Source of the DNA: Planctomycetota bacterium
Lineage (GTDB): Bacteria; Planctomycetota; JAJSAM01; JAJVHW01
Reading direction: 5' to 3'
Assembly (NCBI GenBank): GCA_965248445.1
Contig: CBDFJG010000004.1
Span: 1,952,001 to 2,016,000, forward strand
DNA: 64,000 nt
In this document: positions 20,030 through 29,480 of the stretch, piece by piece
How the letters are laid out: every line of letters starts with the position of its first letter
Numbering within the stretch: the stretch's first letter is position 1
Notes under the pieces: generated by a model
What the model was told of the DNA's origin: nothing
Database searches by the model: none
What the model saw: only the letters and a program-made list of their open reading frames with translations
Program-made: the position numbers and the translations under genes

Positions 20030-20574
20030 AGGTCCCGCAGGACCTCGGGCACGGACTCGCGCACCCGCCGGTGGAAGCTCCTCGCAGAGCACGACGGCAG
20101 TCGATGCCCCAGCGACTTGACGGCGCCGCGTGCGGCATTCACGAGTTTCGTGCGCGCAGAGACCACGCGCTCCCGCGCGCGCAGCAGCGCCATGTCGGCC
20201 TGCATGGACTCGCCCCGGTGGACCACCGGATGCAGCAGGCCGGGATGCCCCGCACCGAGCTGCGCCAGCACCAGTGCGTCGCGCCGATCCGTCTTCTTCG
20301 GCGAGTCCCAGATCGCTCGCAGCCGTCGCGCGTCCGCCACGATCACGTCGTGGCCGTGGGACGCGACCAGCCGGCTGATCCACGGAGAGTGCGTCCCGCT
20401 CTCCATCACCACCTTGGACCGCTCCGTCTGCTCGAAGAACTTGCCGAGCGCCTTGCGTGTCGCCCCGACCCGTCCCTCCCCGACGACCTCCCCCGTCTTG
20501 CGGTCGAGCATGCAGACATGCACCACGCGATCACCCAGATCCATCCCGATCACCAAGCGTGTACCCTTCGCCAT
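20030..20574 (-). pseudogene. IS110-family recombinase, 3'-truncated (RuvC-like DEDD domain and part of coiled coil only)
   Basis: IGMDLG, VMESG, KTDRRDA motifs; GAGGAGG RBS; no C-terminal Tnp domain. Confidence 0.88.
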
Positions 20575-20664
20575 AGCCGGTTCCTCCTCGGGCGCAGAGC
20601 CCGTTTGTGACTCGGAAAACCGCTACGGGTTACACCGAGGCAGGGACCGGCCTTCTTGTATGAC

Positions 20665-20880
20665 GTCCACTCATGCCCGCGACCTACGGTGGACAGAGAT
20701 CGACGAGAGCCGGGAGAGGGTCGCCGCGGCCTTCACGAGGCGCAGTCCTCGGAGATGAGATTGGCGCCCTCGACCGGCGACCCACGCTCGGACGGGATCC
20801 TGAGGCGCGCAGACGCGCGTCCTCGCATGAACAAGGATGAGTACGGTCGCCGGCTCCGAGGCTCCCGGTCCTCCTCGTCG
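20665..20880 (+). ncRNA. IS110 bridge RNA (predicted)
   Basis: Target loop: LTG CGGCCTTC 20727-20734, hairpin CGAGG/CCTCG, RTG GAGATGAG 20752-20759. Donor loop closed by perfect stem CCGGCGACC 20774-20782/GGTCGCCGG 20845-20853: LDG GACGGGATC 20791-20799, RDG ACAAG 20831-20835. RNA ends are approximate. Confidence 0.85.
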
Positions 20881-20898
20881 CATGACAGGAGGTGCACG

Positions 20899-22098
20899 AT
20901 GCGCTACGCGGGGATAGACATCGCTTCGAAGAAGCACGTCGTGGCGGTGATGGACGAGGACGAAGAGATCCTGGTGCGGCCCACCGCCTTCGGTGAGGAC
21001 GCACAGGGCTACGAGGAGCTCTTCGAGTTGCTCGGCGTCCCTCGAGACGTGCTCGTGGCCTTGGAGGCGACCGGGCACTACTGGCGCAACTTGGCGGCGG
21101 AGCTTCTCTCGCGCGGTTTCGCCATGGTGCTGATCAATCCGCTGCGGACCCACCGCTTCGCCGGCGAGGACCTGCAGCGGACCAAGACCGATGCCATCGA
21201 CGCCCTCGGGCTCGCCCGGTTCGCTCGCCAGAAACGCCCGGAGCCCACGCGGCTGCCCGACTCCGGCACCGAGGAACTGCGCGAGCTCGTCAGACTCAGG
21301 GATCGCGTGGTCCAGGACTTTGGAGACCGGGTCCGCCGGCTTCACCGCTTGGTGGACCTGGGTTTCCCGGAGTTCACACGCCACGTCCGCACCCTCGACA
21401 GCGAACTCGCCACGGCGCTGCTCAACCGCCATCCCACCGCGCAGGCCTTTGTGGGTGTCTCGGTCAAGCGACTCGCCGCGCTCCGTTACGACGGACGTCA
21501 CCGAGTCGGGCGGCAGCTTGCCCAAGACCTGGTCCGTGCAGCCAAGTCGTCCGTGGGCCGCCACCACGCCGAGGCCTATCGCACTCAGGTCCGGTACGCC
21601 TGCGAGGATCTGGACTTGCTGCGCCGGCGCCTTCGCGACTTGGAGAAGCTGATCGGGGGAACCCTGGAGCACCACGAGGTCGGCAAGCTCCTCACGACCA
21701 TCGACGGCATCGGGCCACAGACCGCCGCGCGGCTCGTCGCGGAGCTGGGCGACATCACTCGTTTCCGCGACGCCAAGGCGCTGGCGTCATACATCGGGGT
21801 CGTCCCGGCACTCAAGCAGTCCGGACGCAACCAGGGCCAACGCGCCGCCATCACCCGCATCGGGCACGCCCGGCTGCGCAGGGCCCTGTGGATGCCCGTC
21901 CTGACCGCGGTGCGCAGGAACCCCTGGCTGCGCGCCTTCTACGAACGGCTTCGGTCCCAGGGCAAGCTCCCGAAGGTCGCCCTCGTCGCGTCCATGCGAA
22001 AGCTCCTGGTCGCCGTCCACTGGGTGGCTCGAAACAAACAGCCCTTCGTCCCCCGGCCCACACCCGTGGCCACGTCGGCCACGCAGGTGCCCGCATGA
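20899..22098 (+). CDS. IS110-family bridge recombinase (intact, 399 aa)
   Basis: AGGAGGT RBS; GID, LEATG, KTDAIDA (DEDD); GIGPQTAA; catalytic QSG. Confidence 0.95.
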   Translation: MRYAGIDIASKKHVVAVMDEDEEILVRPTAFGEDAQGYEELFELLGVPRDVLVALEATGHYWRNLAAELLSRGFAMVLINPLRTHRFAGEDLQRTKTDAIDALGLARFARQKRPEPTRLPDSGTEELRELVRLRDRVVQDFGDRVRRLHRLVDLGFPEFTRHVRTLDSELATALLNRHPTAQAFVGVSVKRLAALRYDGRHRVGRQLAQDLVRAAKSSVGRHHAEAYRTQVRYACEDLDLLRRRLRDLEKLIGGTLEHHEVGKLLTTIDGIGPQTAARLVAELGDITRFRDAKALASYIGVVPALKQSGRNQGQRAAITRIGHARLRRALWMPVLTAVRRNPWLRAFYERLRSQGKLPKVALVASMRKLLVAVHWVARNKQPFVPRPTPVATSATQVPA

Positions 22099-22480
22099 GC
22101 CACGAGTCTTCCGAGCGAACTCGCGCGCGCTCCGCCGCCCCGGATTCATGCCCGAGCCGACAGGCGAAGGCGTCGCACCACCCAACCTGTCCTCGCGGCC
22201 CGCCGAGCGCGGTCCCCGCGCGCAGGCGAGGCGGGCAGCGCCAACAACGCTCTAAGAACCTTGGTCGAGAAGACGGGATCTCATCTCATCACCAACGCCG
22301 AGGACCGAGCGCGACGCGTCCCGCGGCGCCACGATCGATTTCGGGGGACTCCTCGCGACACAGGTCTGTTATCCCGGGTACGCGAGCCCGTGACTCCGGG
22401 GAGTACTACGGCGGTGCCAGTTGGGTCCCGCGTACATCCTGCCCGGCAGAGGGCCGGCTACCACGAGAGGCGGTGCGGAG

Positions 22481-22705
22481 ATGAGCGGAAGATGGATCGG
22501 AGCCTTGCTGTGCGTCGCGACGATGGCTCTTCTGGCGGGTTGCCAGTGCACGGGTTCATCCACCAAGTCGGACCATCCGACGCGGACGGAACACCCGAAG
22601 GCTGCGCAGGAGCACCCGGCGGGGACCGAGCACCCGGCGGGGACCGAGCACCCCAAGAAGTCGGAGCATCCCAAGAAGTCGGAGCACCCGGACCACCCGA
22701 AGTGA
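22481..22705 (+). CDS. small lipoprotein with tandem EHP repeats
   Basis: Lipobox LAGC; (x3)EHP repeats encoded by 18-bp tandem repeats; GTGA-coupled to transglutaminase. Confidence 0.75.
   Translation: MSGRWIGALLCVATMALLAGCQCTGSSTKSDHPTRTEHPKAAQEHPAGTEHPAGTEHPKKSEHPKKSEHPDHPK
22609..22700 (+). repeat. 18-bp coding tandem repeats
   Basis: GAGCACCCGGCGGGGACC x2 then GAGCAYCCCAAGAAGTCG x2. Confidence 0.85.
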
Positions 22706-24105
22706 GAACCGCGCTCGGGATGTCGGCGCGGTCGGGATCACGCGTGCCCTCCACGCTCCCGGCCGCGCATCTCCTCGCACTCGCCTTCGCCTACGTCGTC
22801 CTCGCGGGCTGCGGGTCGGTCGGCGCGGCGGAGCCGCCGCCCGCCGGCGCGCCGGTTCCGAGCGTCGTGACCGCCGACATCCAGGCGGGCATCGAACATC
22901 ACATCGAGGAACAGGTCCGAATCGGGGACGGGTACTTCGCGCTCTCCCACGGTGACGAGCTGCTGCGCCTCAGGCTCGTGCGGGTCCACACCGAGTACCT
23001 GGCCAACCTCGGTCCCCGCCGGCAGTTCGCCTGCGTCGACCTCGTGGACGCGAGCGGCGACGTCTACGACGTCGACTTCTTCCTCTCAGGCGACCCGGGC
23101 GACATGAGCGTCACGGAGACCACGGTCCACAAGATCAACGGGCAGCCATACTACGTCTGGAACCAGGCGCCGGACGACACGTGGCACCGGGTCCCCGTGG
23201 ACCAGGCCAACGAGGGGCACTTCGGAGTAGTCCGGGGGAACGACTCGTTCGACTTCCTCTACCGAGCGAAGCTGCCCGAGCTCGCGGCTCCCGCCCGCAT
23301 GTGGCTGCCCCTACCGGAGTCGGACGCGTTCCAGACGGTCGAGGTCGTGTCCATCACGGCACCGGGCGAGCAGCGGATCCTCCGGGACCGCGCGCACGGC
23401 AACCGTGTCCTGCTCCTGGAACTCTCCCCCGGAGACGGCGGCGAGGCCGCGGAGATCCGGTTCGCGGTGCGACGGAACGAGAAGGCGTTCTACGAGGCGC
23501 CGGCGTCCGAACCGGCCGGACCGTTCCTCGCCGCGGAGCGGCTCGTGCCCGCGAGCGACGAATTCCGGACCATCGCCGAGGAGGTGGTGGCGGGGAAGAA
23601 GCAAGATCTCGTGCGTGCCAGAGCGCTCTACGACCACGTCATCGACCACATGCGCTACATGAAGTTCGGGGACGGGTGGGGCCTCGGCGACGCCGAGTAC
23701 GCCTGCGACGCGGCGACCGGGAACTGCACGGACTTCCACGCCTACTTCATCGCGCTGTCGCGGTCCGTCGGGATCCCCGCGCGCTTCGCCATCGGGGCGA
23801 GCATCCCCTCCGAACGCGACGACGGCGGGATCGACGGGTATCACTGCTGGGCGGAGTTCTACGCCGACGGGAAGTGGTGGCCGGTGGATATCAGCGAAGG
23901 CGACAAGTACTCCAGCCTCGCGACCTACTACTTCGGGCACCACCCGGCGAACCGCTTCGAGATGAGTCGCGGTCGCGATCTGATCGTGGATCCCCTGCCC
24001 GAATCCGGACCCATCAACTTCCTCGCCTACCCCGTGCTCGAGGTGGCGGGGAAGCCGGTCAAGGCCGAGGTGACGTTCTCGTTCGTCCGCCACGGCACCC
24101 GTTGA
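22702..24105 (+). CDS. transglutaminase-like domain protein (lipoprotein signal)
   Basis: Cys-His-Asp triad GNCTDFH / GYHCWAEFY / WWPVD; LAGC lipobox. Confidence 0.9.
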   Translation: MRTALGMSARSGSRVPSTLPAAHLLALAFAYVVLAGCGSVGAAEPPPAGAPVPSVVTADIQAGIEHHIEEQVRIGDGYFALSHGDELLRLRLVRVHTEYLANLGPRRQFACVDLVDASGDVYDVDFFLSGDPGDMSVTETTVHKINGQPYYVWNQAPDDTWHRVPVDQANEGHFGVVRGNDSFDFLYRAKLPELAAPARMWLPLPESDAFQTVEVVSITAPGEQRILRDRAHGNRVLLLELSPGDGGEAAEIRFAVRRNEKAFYEAPASEPAGPFLAAERLVPASDEFRTIAEEVVAGKKQDLVRARALYDHVIDHMRYMKFGDGWGLGDAEYACDAATGNCTDFHAYFIALSRSVGIPARFAIGASIPSERDDGGIDGYHCWAEFYADGKWWPVDISEGDKYSSLATYYFGHHPANRFEMSRGRDLIVDPLPESGPINFLAYPVLEVAGKPVKAEVTFSFVRHGTR

Positions 24106-24144
24106 ATCCCGAGCACGAGACGCTGCTCAGTGCCGGAGGACGTG

Positions 24145-25248
24145 ATGAACCCGCTGCAACGAGCCCTAACGACCGCGCTGTTCACGTTGACCCTGTTGCC
24201 GGGCTGCAACGCCATGGGCCCCACGGCGGTCCGTGGTGCGCCGTTACCGTACAACGAAGCCATTGCGGCGACGCGCGACGAGCAGCAGCTCCTCAACCTG
24301 GTTCGGCTCCGCTATCGCGACGTGCCGCTCTTCCTCGACGTGGGCAGCCTGACGACGCAGTACACGTTCGACAGCTCGCTCTCAGCCAGCTCCACTTTCG
24401 TAGACGGTTCGGCGGAGGACAGTCCGAGGTTCACCACGGGCGGCTCGATGAAGTGGTCGGAGAAGCCGACGGTCAGCTACTCCCCGCTCCAGGGCGAGAA
24501 GTTCGTCAAGCAGATGATGGCGCCGGTGCCGCTCGAGATTCTGGCGTTGCTCACCCGCTCGGGCTGGAGTTCGGGGCGCGTGATGCGGCTGGCCGTCCAG
24601 AGCATGAACGGCGTCCTGAACGCCCCGACCGCATCCGGACCGACGCCGGGGAGTCCGCCCGTGTACAAGGACTTCCGTCGGCTGGGCGGGCTGATCCGGG
24701 AACTCCAGCAGACCGGCCAGGCCCACGTCGCCATCTCAGGCGCGGCGGATGGTCCGCGGCTGGGCTGGGCGCTCCGCGCGGGCGGCACCGAGACGGCCCA
24801 GGCCGCCGAGATCCGGCGCATCCTCCGGCTGCGCGAGGGCCGGACCTTCTACCCGATGGTCGCCGCGTACGACGATGCGCTGACCGATGACGGAGACCGC
24901 ATCCGCGTCACGCCCCGGTCGTTCCTCGGCATCCTGTTCTACTTGTCGCACGCCGTCGAGGTTCCCGAGGAGCACTCCGCGCGGGGGTGGGTGACCAACA
25001 CCACGGCTGCCGACGGGACGCCGTTCGACTGGGGCGAAGTCACGGGCGACCTGCTCCGTGTCCGGACCTCGTCGTCCAAGCCGGACGGCGCGTACGTCGC
25101 GATCCCCTATCGCGGCGCGTGGTTCTACATCGACGACGCGAACCTCGAGTCGAAGACGACGTTCGCGCTGCTGTCCTACCTGTTCGCGCTCCAGGCCGGC
25201 GACCGCAAGTCGGTCACGCCCGCGCTGACGCTTCCGATCGGGGGCTAG
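24145..25248 (+). CDS. conserved hypothetical lipoprotein
   Basis: GGAGG RBS; LPGC lipobox; LLNLVRLRY and WFYIDD motifs. Confidence 0.8.
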   Translation: MNPLQRALTTALFTLTLLPGCNAMGPTAVRGAPLPYNEAIAATRDEQQLLNLVRLRYRDVPLFLDVGSLTTQYTFDSSLSASSTFVDGSAEDSPRFTTGGSMKWSEKPTVSYSPLQGEKFVKQMMAPVPLEILALLTRSGWSSGRVMRLAVQSMNGVLNAPTASGPTPGSPPVYKDFRRLGGLIRELQQTGQAHVAISGAADGPRLGWALRAGGTETAQAAEIRRILRLREGRTFYPMVAAYDDALTDDGDRIRVTPRSFLGILFYLSHAVEVPEEHSARGWVTNTTAADGTPFDWGEVTGDLLRVRTSSSKPDGAYVAIPYRGAWFYIDDANLESKTTFALLSYLFALQAGDRKSVTPALTLPIGG

Positions 25249-25340
25249 CCCGCACCTCCCGACGCGGACGACGACACCGAACCAGTGCTCCTGATTCTCT
25301 CCTGACTCCGAATCGCCGCTGGACGCTGCGACCGAAGGCG

Positions 25341-26560
25341 CTACTTCACGCCCAAGAGGCGGAAGAGGTGGAAGCGCGAAGCGCGCGGGTAGCCAGTCGG
25401 AGGTCTTCTCACGCTCGCACAGCTTGGACGTGAACTCCTTCCACTCCGCTTCGAGAGCCTTGGAACCGGCGCGGTCGGTGATCCCCATCGCGTCGTAGAA
25501 CAGCTTGGACGTCCAGATCCCGCCCTCGGCGAGCGGCTCCGTGGGCTTCGGCACGACCCACTCGCGCTCGAGATACCGCACGAAGCGGTCGCGGTACTTC
25601 GGCTGTCCGAGTTCCTCCGCATACCAGAGGAAGTACACGAGACTCCATGCGCGCGCGTAGTAGAGGTTCGCGTAGACGGCGTGGACCGCGTCGAGCCAGG
25701 CGACCCAGCGCTCGTTCTCGGCCTGCGCGCGCGTGAGGCGCGGCGACACGCCAAGGACGGCCTGATCGAGTTCGCCGCCGTCCAGGGGCGTCATGAGCGC
25801 GTTCAGCGACCAGTCACTCCACTGCAGCTTCGGAAAGGCCTGTTCCACGATCCAGATGAGCTCCATGCGGCTGTCGAGCGGCTGCATCCAGCGCCGTGCG
25901 TCTCCGTCGCCCGCGTACGCCGAGAAGAACTCCGCGAAACCCTCCGAACTCCACAGCGGTTGCGACGAGCCGCGGTCCCAGGCAGGCGGATCGCCCCCCG
26001 CGGCGGTCGACAGCTCGCGCGTGTAGAAGTGGATGAGCTGATGCACGCCTTCGTGGCACTGGGTCTGGTAGGTCGCGTACGGCTCCTCGTGTGTGCGCCC
26101 GTCGTGCGTCACGATGAAGCGTGGCTCCCGCTGCGAGTAGAACGCGCACACGCCGGCCATGCGGGGGCTCCACGCGTAGTACTGGCGGTTGAACCGCTCG
26201 AAGTCCTTCTCGCGCGAGAACGCGTGGATCTTCAACAGCGTGCCGAACTCCGCGTTGTCGGGGCCGTACTTCTTGAAGTCGAAGAGCGGTCCCAACTCGC
26301 GATGCCAGCCGTCGTAGAGCGTCGGGAACAACGTCGTCGTCTCGCGCAGGATGCGCTGCGCGCGGTTCATCTCCACCTCGTCCACGTCGGCAAGGTCCTT
26401 CCGCGGCGAACCCCCGACGGAGACGAAGATCACGTACGGGCCGACGGCCTCCCGCAGCGCCGGGTAGTCCTTCATCACCTCGAGGGTGCGCTGATAGACA
26501 CCCCACTTCTCGACGCCGAGCCAGTAGGGACTCTGCAGCCACGCCGACGACGGAGAGCGC
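25341..26560 (-). pseudogene. DUF1570-like gluzincin metallopeptidase fragment (5'-truncated; frameshift from 7-bp duplication at 25371-25384)
   Basis: HEGVHQ...WSSEGFAEF, YARAWSLVYFL; removing one GAAGCGC copy restores ...ARFHLFRLLGVK*. Confidence 0.75.
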
Positions 26561-26602
26561 CACCTCACAGCGTCGATCGCTCCCGTCGGTCGCGTGACGA
26601 TC

Positions 26603-26853
26603 TGCAGCGGTAGTGCAGCGGTAGCCGGAATCGGCCTGAAACGCGGGGTCCGAATGGGGCGCGCGAAGTCGCCGTAACTCGCTCGTGCGGCAATGGTTAC
26701 GCGTGGTCGGGGCGAGAGGATTTGAACCTCCGGCCTCTTGCTCCCGAAGCAACGAGAGATCGTTGTCCAGCAAGGACTTACGCGTGTCCCTCGCTGCACA
26801 AGCCGCACAAGAGGCAGGAGCGGGCGGACGTTGTGCAGCGGTAGTGCAGCGGT
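26603..26853. other. attP-like site: tRNA-Pro 3' core flanked by arm-type tandem repeats
   Basis: TGCAGCGGTAG tandem pairs at 26603-26624 and 26834-26853 on both sides of the tRNA fragment. Confidence 0.65.
26704..26752 (-). pseudogene. 3' fragment of tRNA-Pro(CGG) (att core)
   Basis: Minus strand TTGCTTCGGGAGCAAGAGGCCGGAGGTTCAAATCCTCTCGCCCCGACCA: anticodon arm, T arm, acceptor 3' strand and CCA; no 5' acceptor strand or D arm. Confidence 0.85.
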
Positions 26854-26854
26854 C

Positions 26855-27627
26855 CCGCGCAACGGCTCAAGCGCCCGGGACATCCGCCGCTCGATGTTGC
26901 TGACGCTGCCGACCGAGATCTTCACGTCGAAGGCCTCGGAGAGCAGACGTGCCGCCTCCGCCCGGCTCAGTCGGTAGGCGGCCACGAGGGTGACGACCAG
27001 AGCCTGCAGTCGAGGCCCGAAGGCGCTGGGGGACACGCCTTCGGGCAGATCCGCGAAGACCGCGTCGCCGCAGTGCCCGCAGAGCCGCCCGCGTAGGCGG
27101 TGCTCGGTGATCGTCGCCAAGAGCGGCGGGATCTCGGTGACCTGGTGGCGGCGAGGGGCGATCCCACCGTCCACGAGCTCTACGTGTCCGCACGTGCGGC
27201 ACGCGCTCGGCTCGTGGTCGACGATCTCATCGACGTCGCCTGGATCGACGAGGTTGCGCGTCTTGCCCGGATGGCCGGGCTGAGCGCCCTGCTTCTTGTC
27301 AGACGGCGGACGGCGACGGCCGCGGCGCTTGGACCACGGGCCGTCACTCGACGGAGGGCGTGAGGACGTGCTGGAGTCGCGCCTGAGGCGCGACTCCAGC
27401 TGCGCGATGCGCCCGATGCGCCGCAAGTGCTGGCGCTCTCGACCCTCGAGCTCGGCGATGCGACGCAGCAGGCGACCGACGAGCTCGCGCAGCTCCGCGA
27501 TCACAGCGCGGAGGTCGTCGGCAAGCCCGTTGGAGTCCACACCTCATAGATCGACCGACGATGCGCTCTTCGGGATCCAGTCCAAATCAGCCTCCGATCG
27601 GGGCTTCCGACCGACGTGAAGGGTTAC
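26855..27627 (-). mobile_element. truncated IS66 element (left end plus 5' half of transposase)
   Basis: Left TIR GTAACCCTTCAC at 27627-27616; transposase from 27540 with SSRPPSSD and zinc ribbon, ends before the DDE domain. Confidence 0.85.
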
Positions 27628-27805
27628 CCTGCTGCGAGCTCAAGTGTGGCGAGTTCAGATGCGACCTCGCTACGATCGCCGCGGGAGGGAAGAGACCATG
27701 GCTCGGTCCAATCGAAGCGTGAGTGTGATCACACTGCGGGGTTGGCATCCTCCTTGTGCCCGCGCGCGGTCCAGACGCCGCAGCGCCGTTGCGGTCGCGG
27801 GCGCG

Positions 27806-28907
27806 ATGCGAATCCTGGTGGGCATCGCCCTCCTCCTCCTCCTCGTCGGCTGCTCGTCTGCGCTCAGACGCGGCGATCGCGCGTGGGAGGCGCAGCGGTG
27901 GGACAAGGCAGCGAAGTACTACCAAGAGGCACTCGAGGACGGCAAGACCGAGGGCCGTGGGGACGAGATCCGGCAGCGCGCGGAGACATCGCGAGATCGC
28001 GCAGCGGATGAGTACTTCGAGCGGGCGCGAATCGAGCGCGCGTCCGGAGACCTCGGGGCGGCGATGGCGAGTGCGCAGGAAGCCCTCACGTACCGCGCAC
28101 GCGATGACATCGCTGCCGAGTTGCGATCGATGCGGCAGGAGCGCGGAGGGGAGTTGGCGCGGGAGGGTCGGGCGGCAGCCGCGGCCGGCGACTTCAGTCG
28201 CGCAGAGACCGCGTTGAGCGAGGCCAAGAGCATGGACTCGACACTCAATGTCGATCAGGATCTCGCGCACGCGCGGAAGGAAGCCGAGGTGGCGCGAGCG
28301 GTCGCGTTCGCCGAGAGCACGACAGCGGGGAAGGCCGCATTCGAACAGCGCGAGTGGACCGAGGCACTTGCACGCTTCAACGACGCGCTCCAGAACGGTG
28401 ACGATGAGCATGTGCGTCGACTGCGGGACTTCTGCTCGGCGATTCTGACGGCGGAGTCAAGCGCCGCCGCGGGGCAGTGGGACGCCGCCGCGAGGGCGTT
28501 CGGCACTGCGAAGCAGCTACAAGTTGCGCCGGACGTCATCGCCGAGCGCGAGCCGTTCCTCGTCGAGCGTAACTACACGATCACGCTACACAGCGCGGTC
28601 ATTCTGCCGTTCAAGCCGCAGGACCATCGGAAGTGGGACGGTCTTGCCGTTGGGACGGTGAGGCAGGCCGGGTCGGTGCTCAAGGGGCTCGGCGCGCTCT
28701 CCGCCTCACCGCCAGTTGCCTACATCGAACTTGCAACGCTTGTCGCAGGCGTTGGGAACACGGGGATCGGCCCGCCGGACTGCTATCCAATCTTCGATGT
28801 AGACAATAGGGAGACCCCCTACCGCAATGATGTCATCGAGAACTCGCTGGAGCCGTCGTGGAACCTCTGGGTGAACGTGCGAGCGACTGCGAGCGACAAG
28901 CGGGCCC
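27806..28907 (+). pseudogene. TPR-like lipoprotein with C2-like C-terminal domain, truncated by IS3
   Basis: Lipobox LVGC; helical TPR-like repeats; ITLHSA...PDCY...NSLEPSWN; runs into the IS end. Confidence 0.7.
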
Positions 28908-28976
28908 TCTGTGCCAACGTGGCTGAGACACCGACCCCACGGATGATTACTGTGCAGGGCGGTGGAGGAACCAGCG

Positions 28977-29480
28977 ATGACGAACAACCACAACACAGCG
29001 CCGGGGGAGATCCCGGAGCCGAGGGAGGGCGAGCATAGCGAGCGCGATCGAGGCGGAGGGGGCTCCCCCGGGGCGCGCGGCCCGGGGGACGTTGGGGTGC
29101 GCGACCCCGAGGTCGTGCCGCGCGCCTCGCGGCGGCGCTTTGGCGCCGCGTACAAGCTACGGATCATCGAGGCGGCGGACGCGTGCACGAAGCCCGGCGA
29201 GATCGGCGCTCTCTTGCGCCGTGAGGGGCTGTACTCCTCGCACTTGTTGACGTGGCGGCGCGCGCGGGACCAGGGCCAGCTCGAGGCGCTCTCGCCCAAG
29301 CGGCGTGGTCCCAAGCCCGATCCGGACCGTGCGCTCAAGAAGCGCAACGAGCAGCTCGAGCGCGAAGTCGCCCGTCTCGAGAAGCGGCTCGAGACGGCCG
29401 AGGTGATCATCGACGTGCAGCGAAAAGTCTCACGGCTGCTGGGCATCGAGATGCCCGAGACGAGCGGGAGCGACACGTGA
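28977..29480 (+). CDS. IS3 transposase OrfA
   Basis: RRRFGAAYKLRII HTH, leucine zipper; GGAGG RBS. Confidence 0.9.
   Translation: MTNNHNTAPGEIPEPREGEHSERDRGGGGSPGARGPGDVGVRDPEVVPRASRRRFGAAYKLRIIEAADACTKPGEIGALLRREGLYSSHLLTWRRARDQGQLEALSPKRRGPKPDPDRALKKRNEQLEREVARLEKRLETAEVIIDVQRKVSRLLGIEMPETSGSDT

Larger units (their letters stand above)
20655..22281 (+). mobile_element. complete IS110 element (IS621-like organisation) flanked by CT core dinucleotides
   Basis: Left junction CGGCCTT-CT-TGTAT (core 20655-20656), right junction ACGGGAT-CT-CATCTC (core 22280-22281); both predicted by guides in its own left non-coding end. Confidence 0.9.

Noticed and set aside
19503..20138. First ~210 aa of the 1944-aa RHS ORF
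   Set aside because: Out-of-frame read-through of the IS110 remnant and HEAT gene; the signal peptide and coupling place the start at 19502
22609..22700. Tandem repeats as a CRISPR or ncRNA array
   Set aside because: In-frame 18-bp coding repeats without spacers
26704..26780. Functional tRNA-Pro gene
   Set aside because: 5' acceptor strand and D arm are absent
24736..27540. 934-aa ORF as a novel transposase-peptidase fusion
   Set aside because: Chimera of truncated IS66, att/tRNA DNA, a DUF1570-like fragment and antisense run-on after a frameshift
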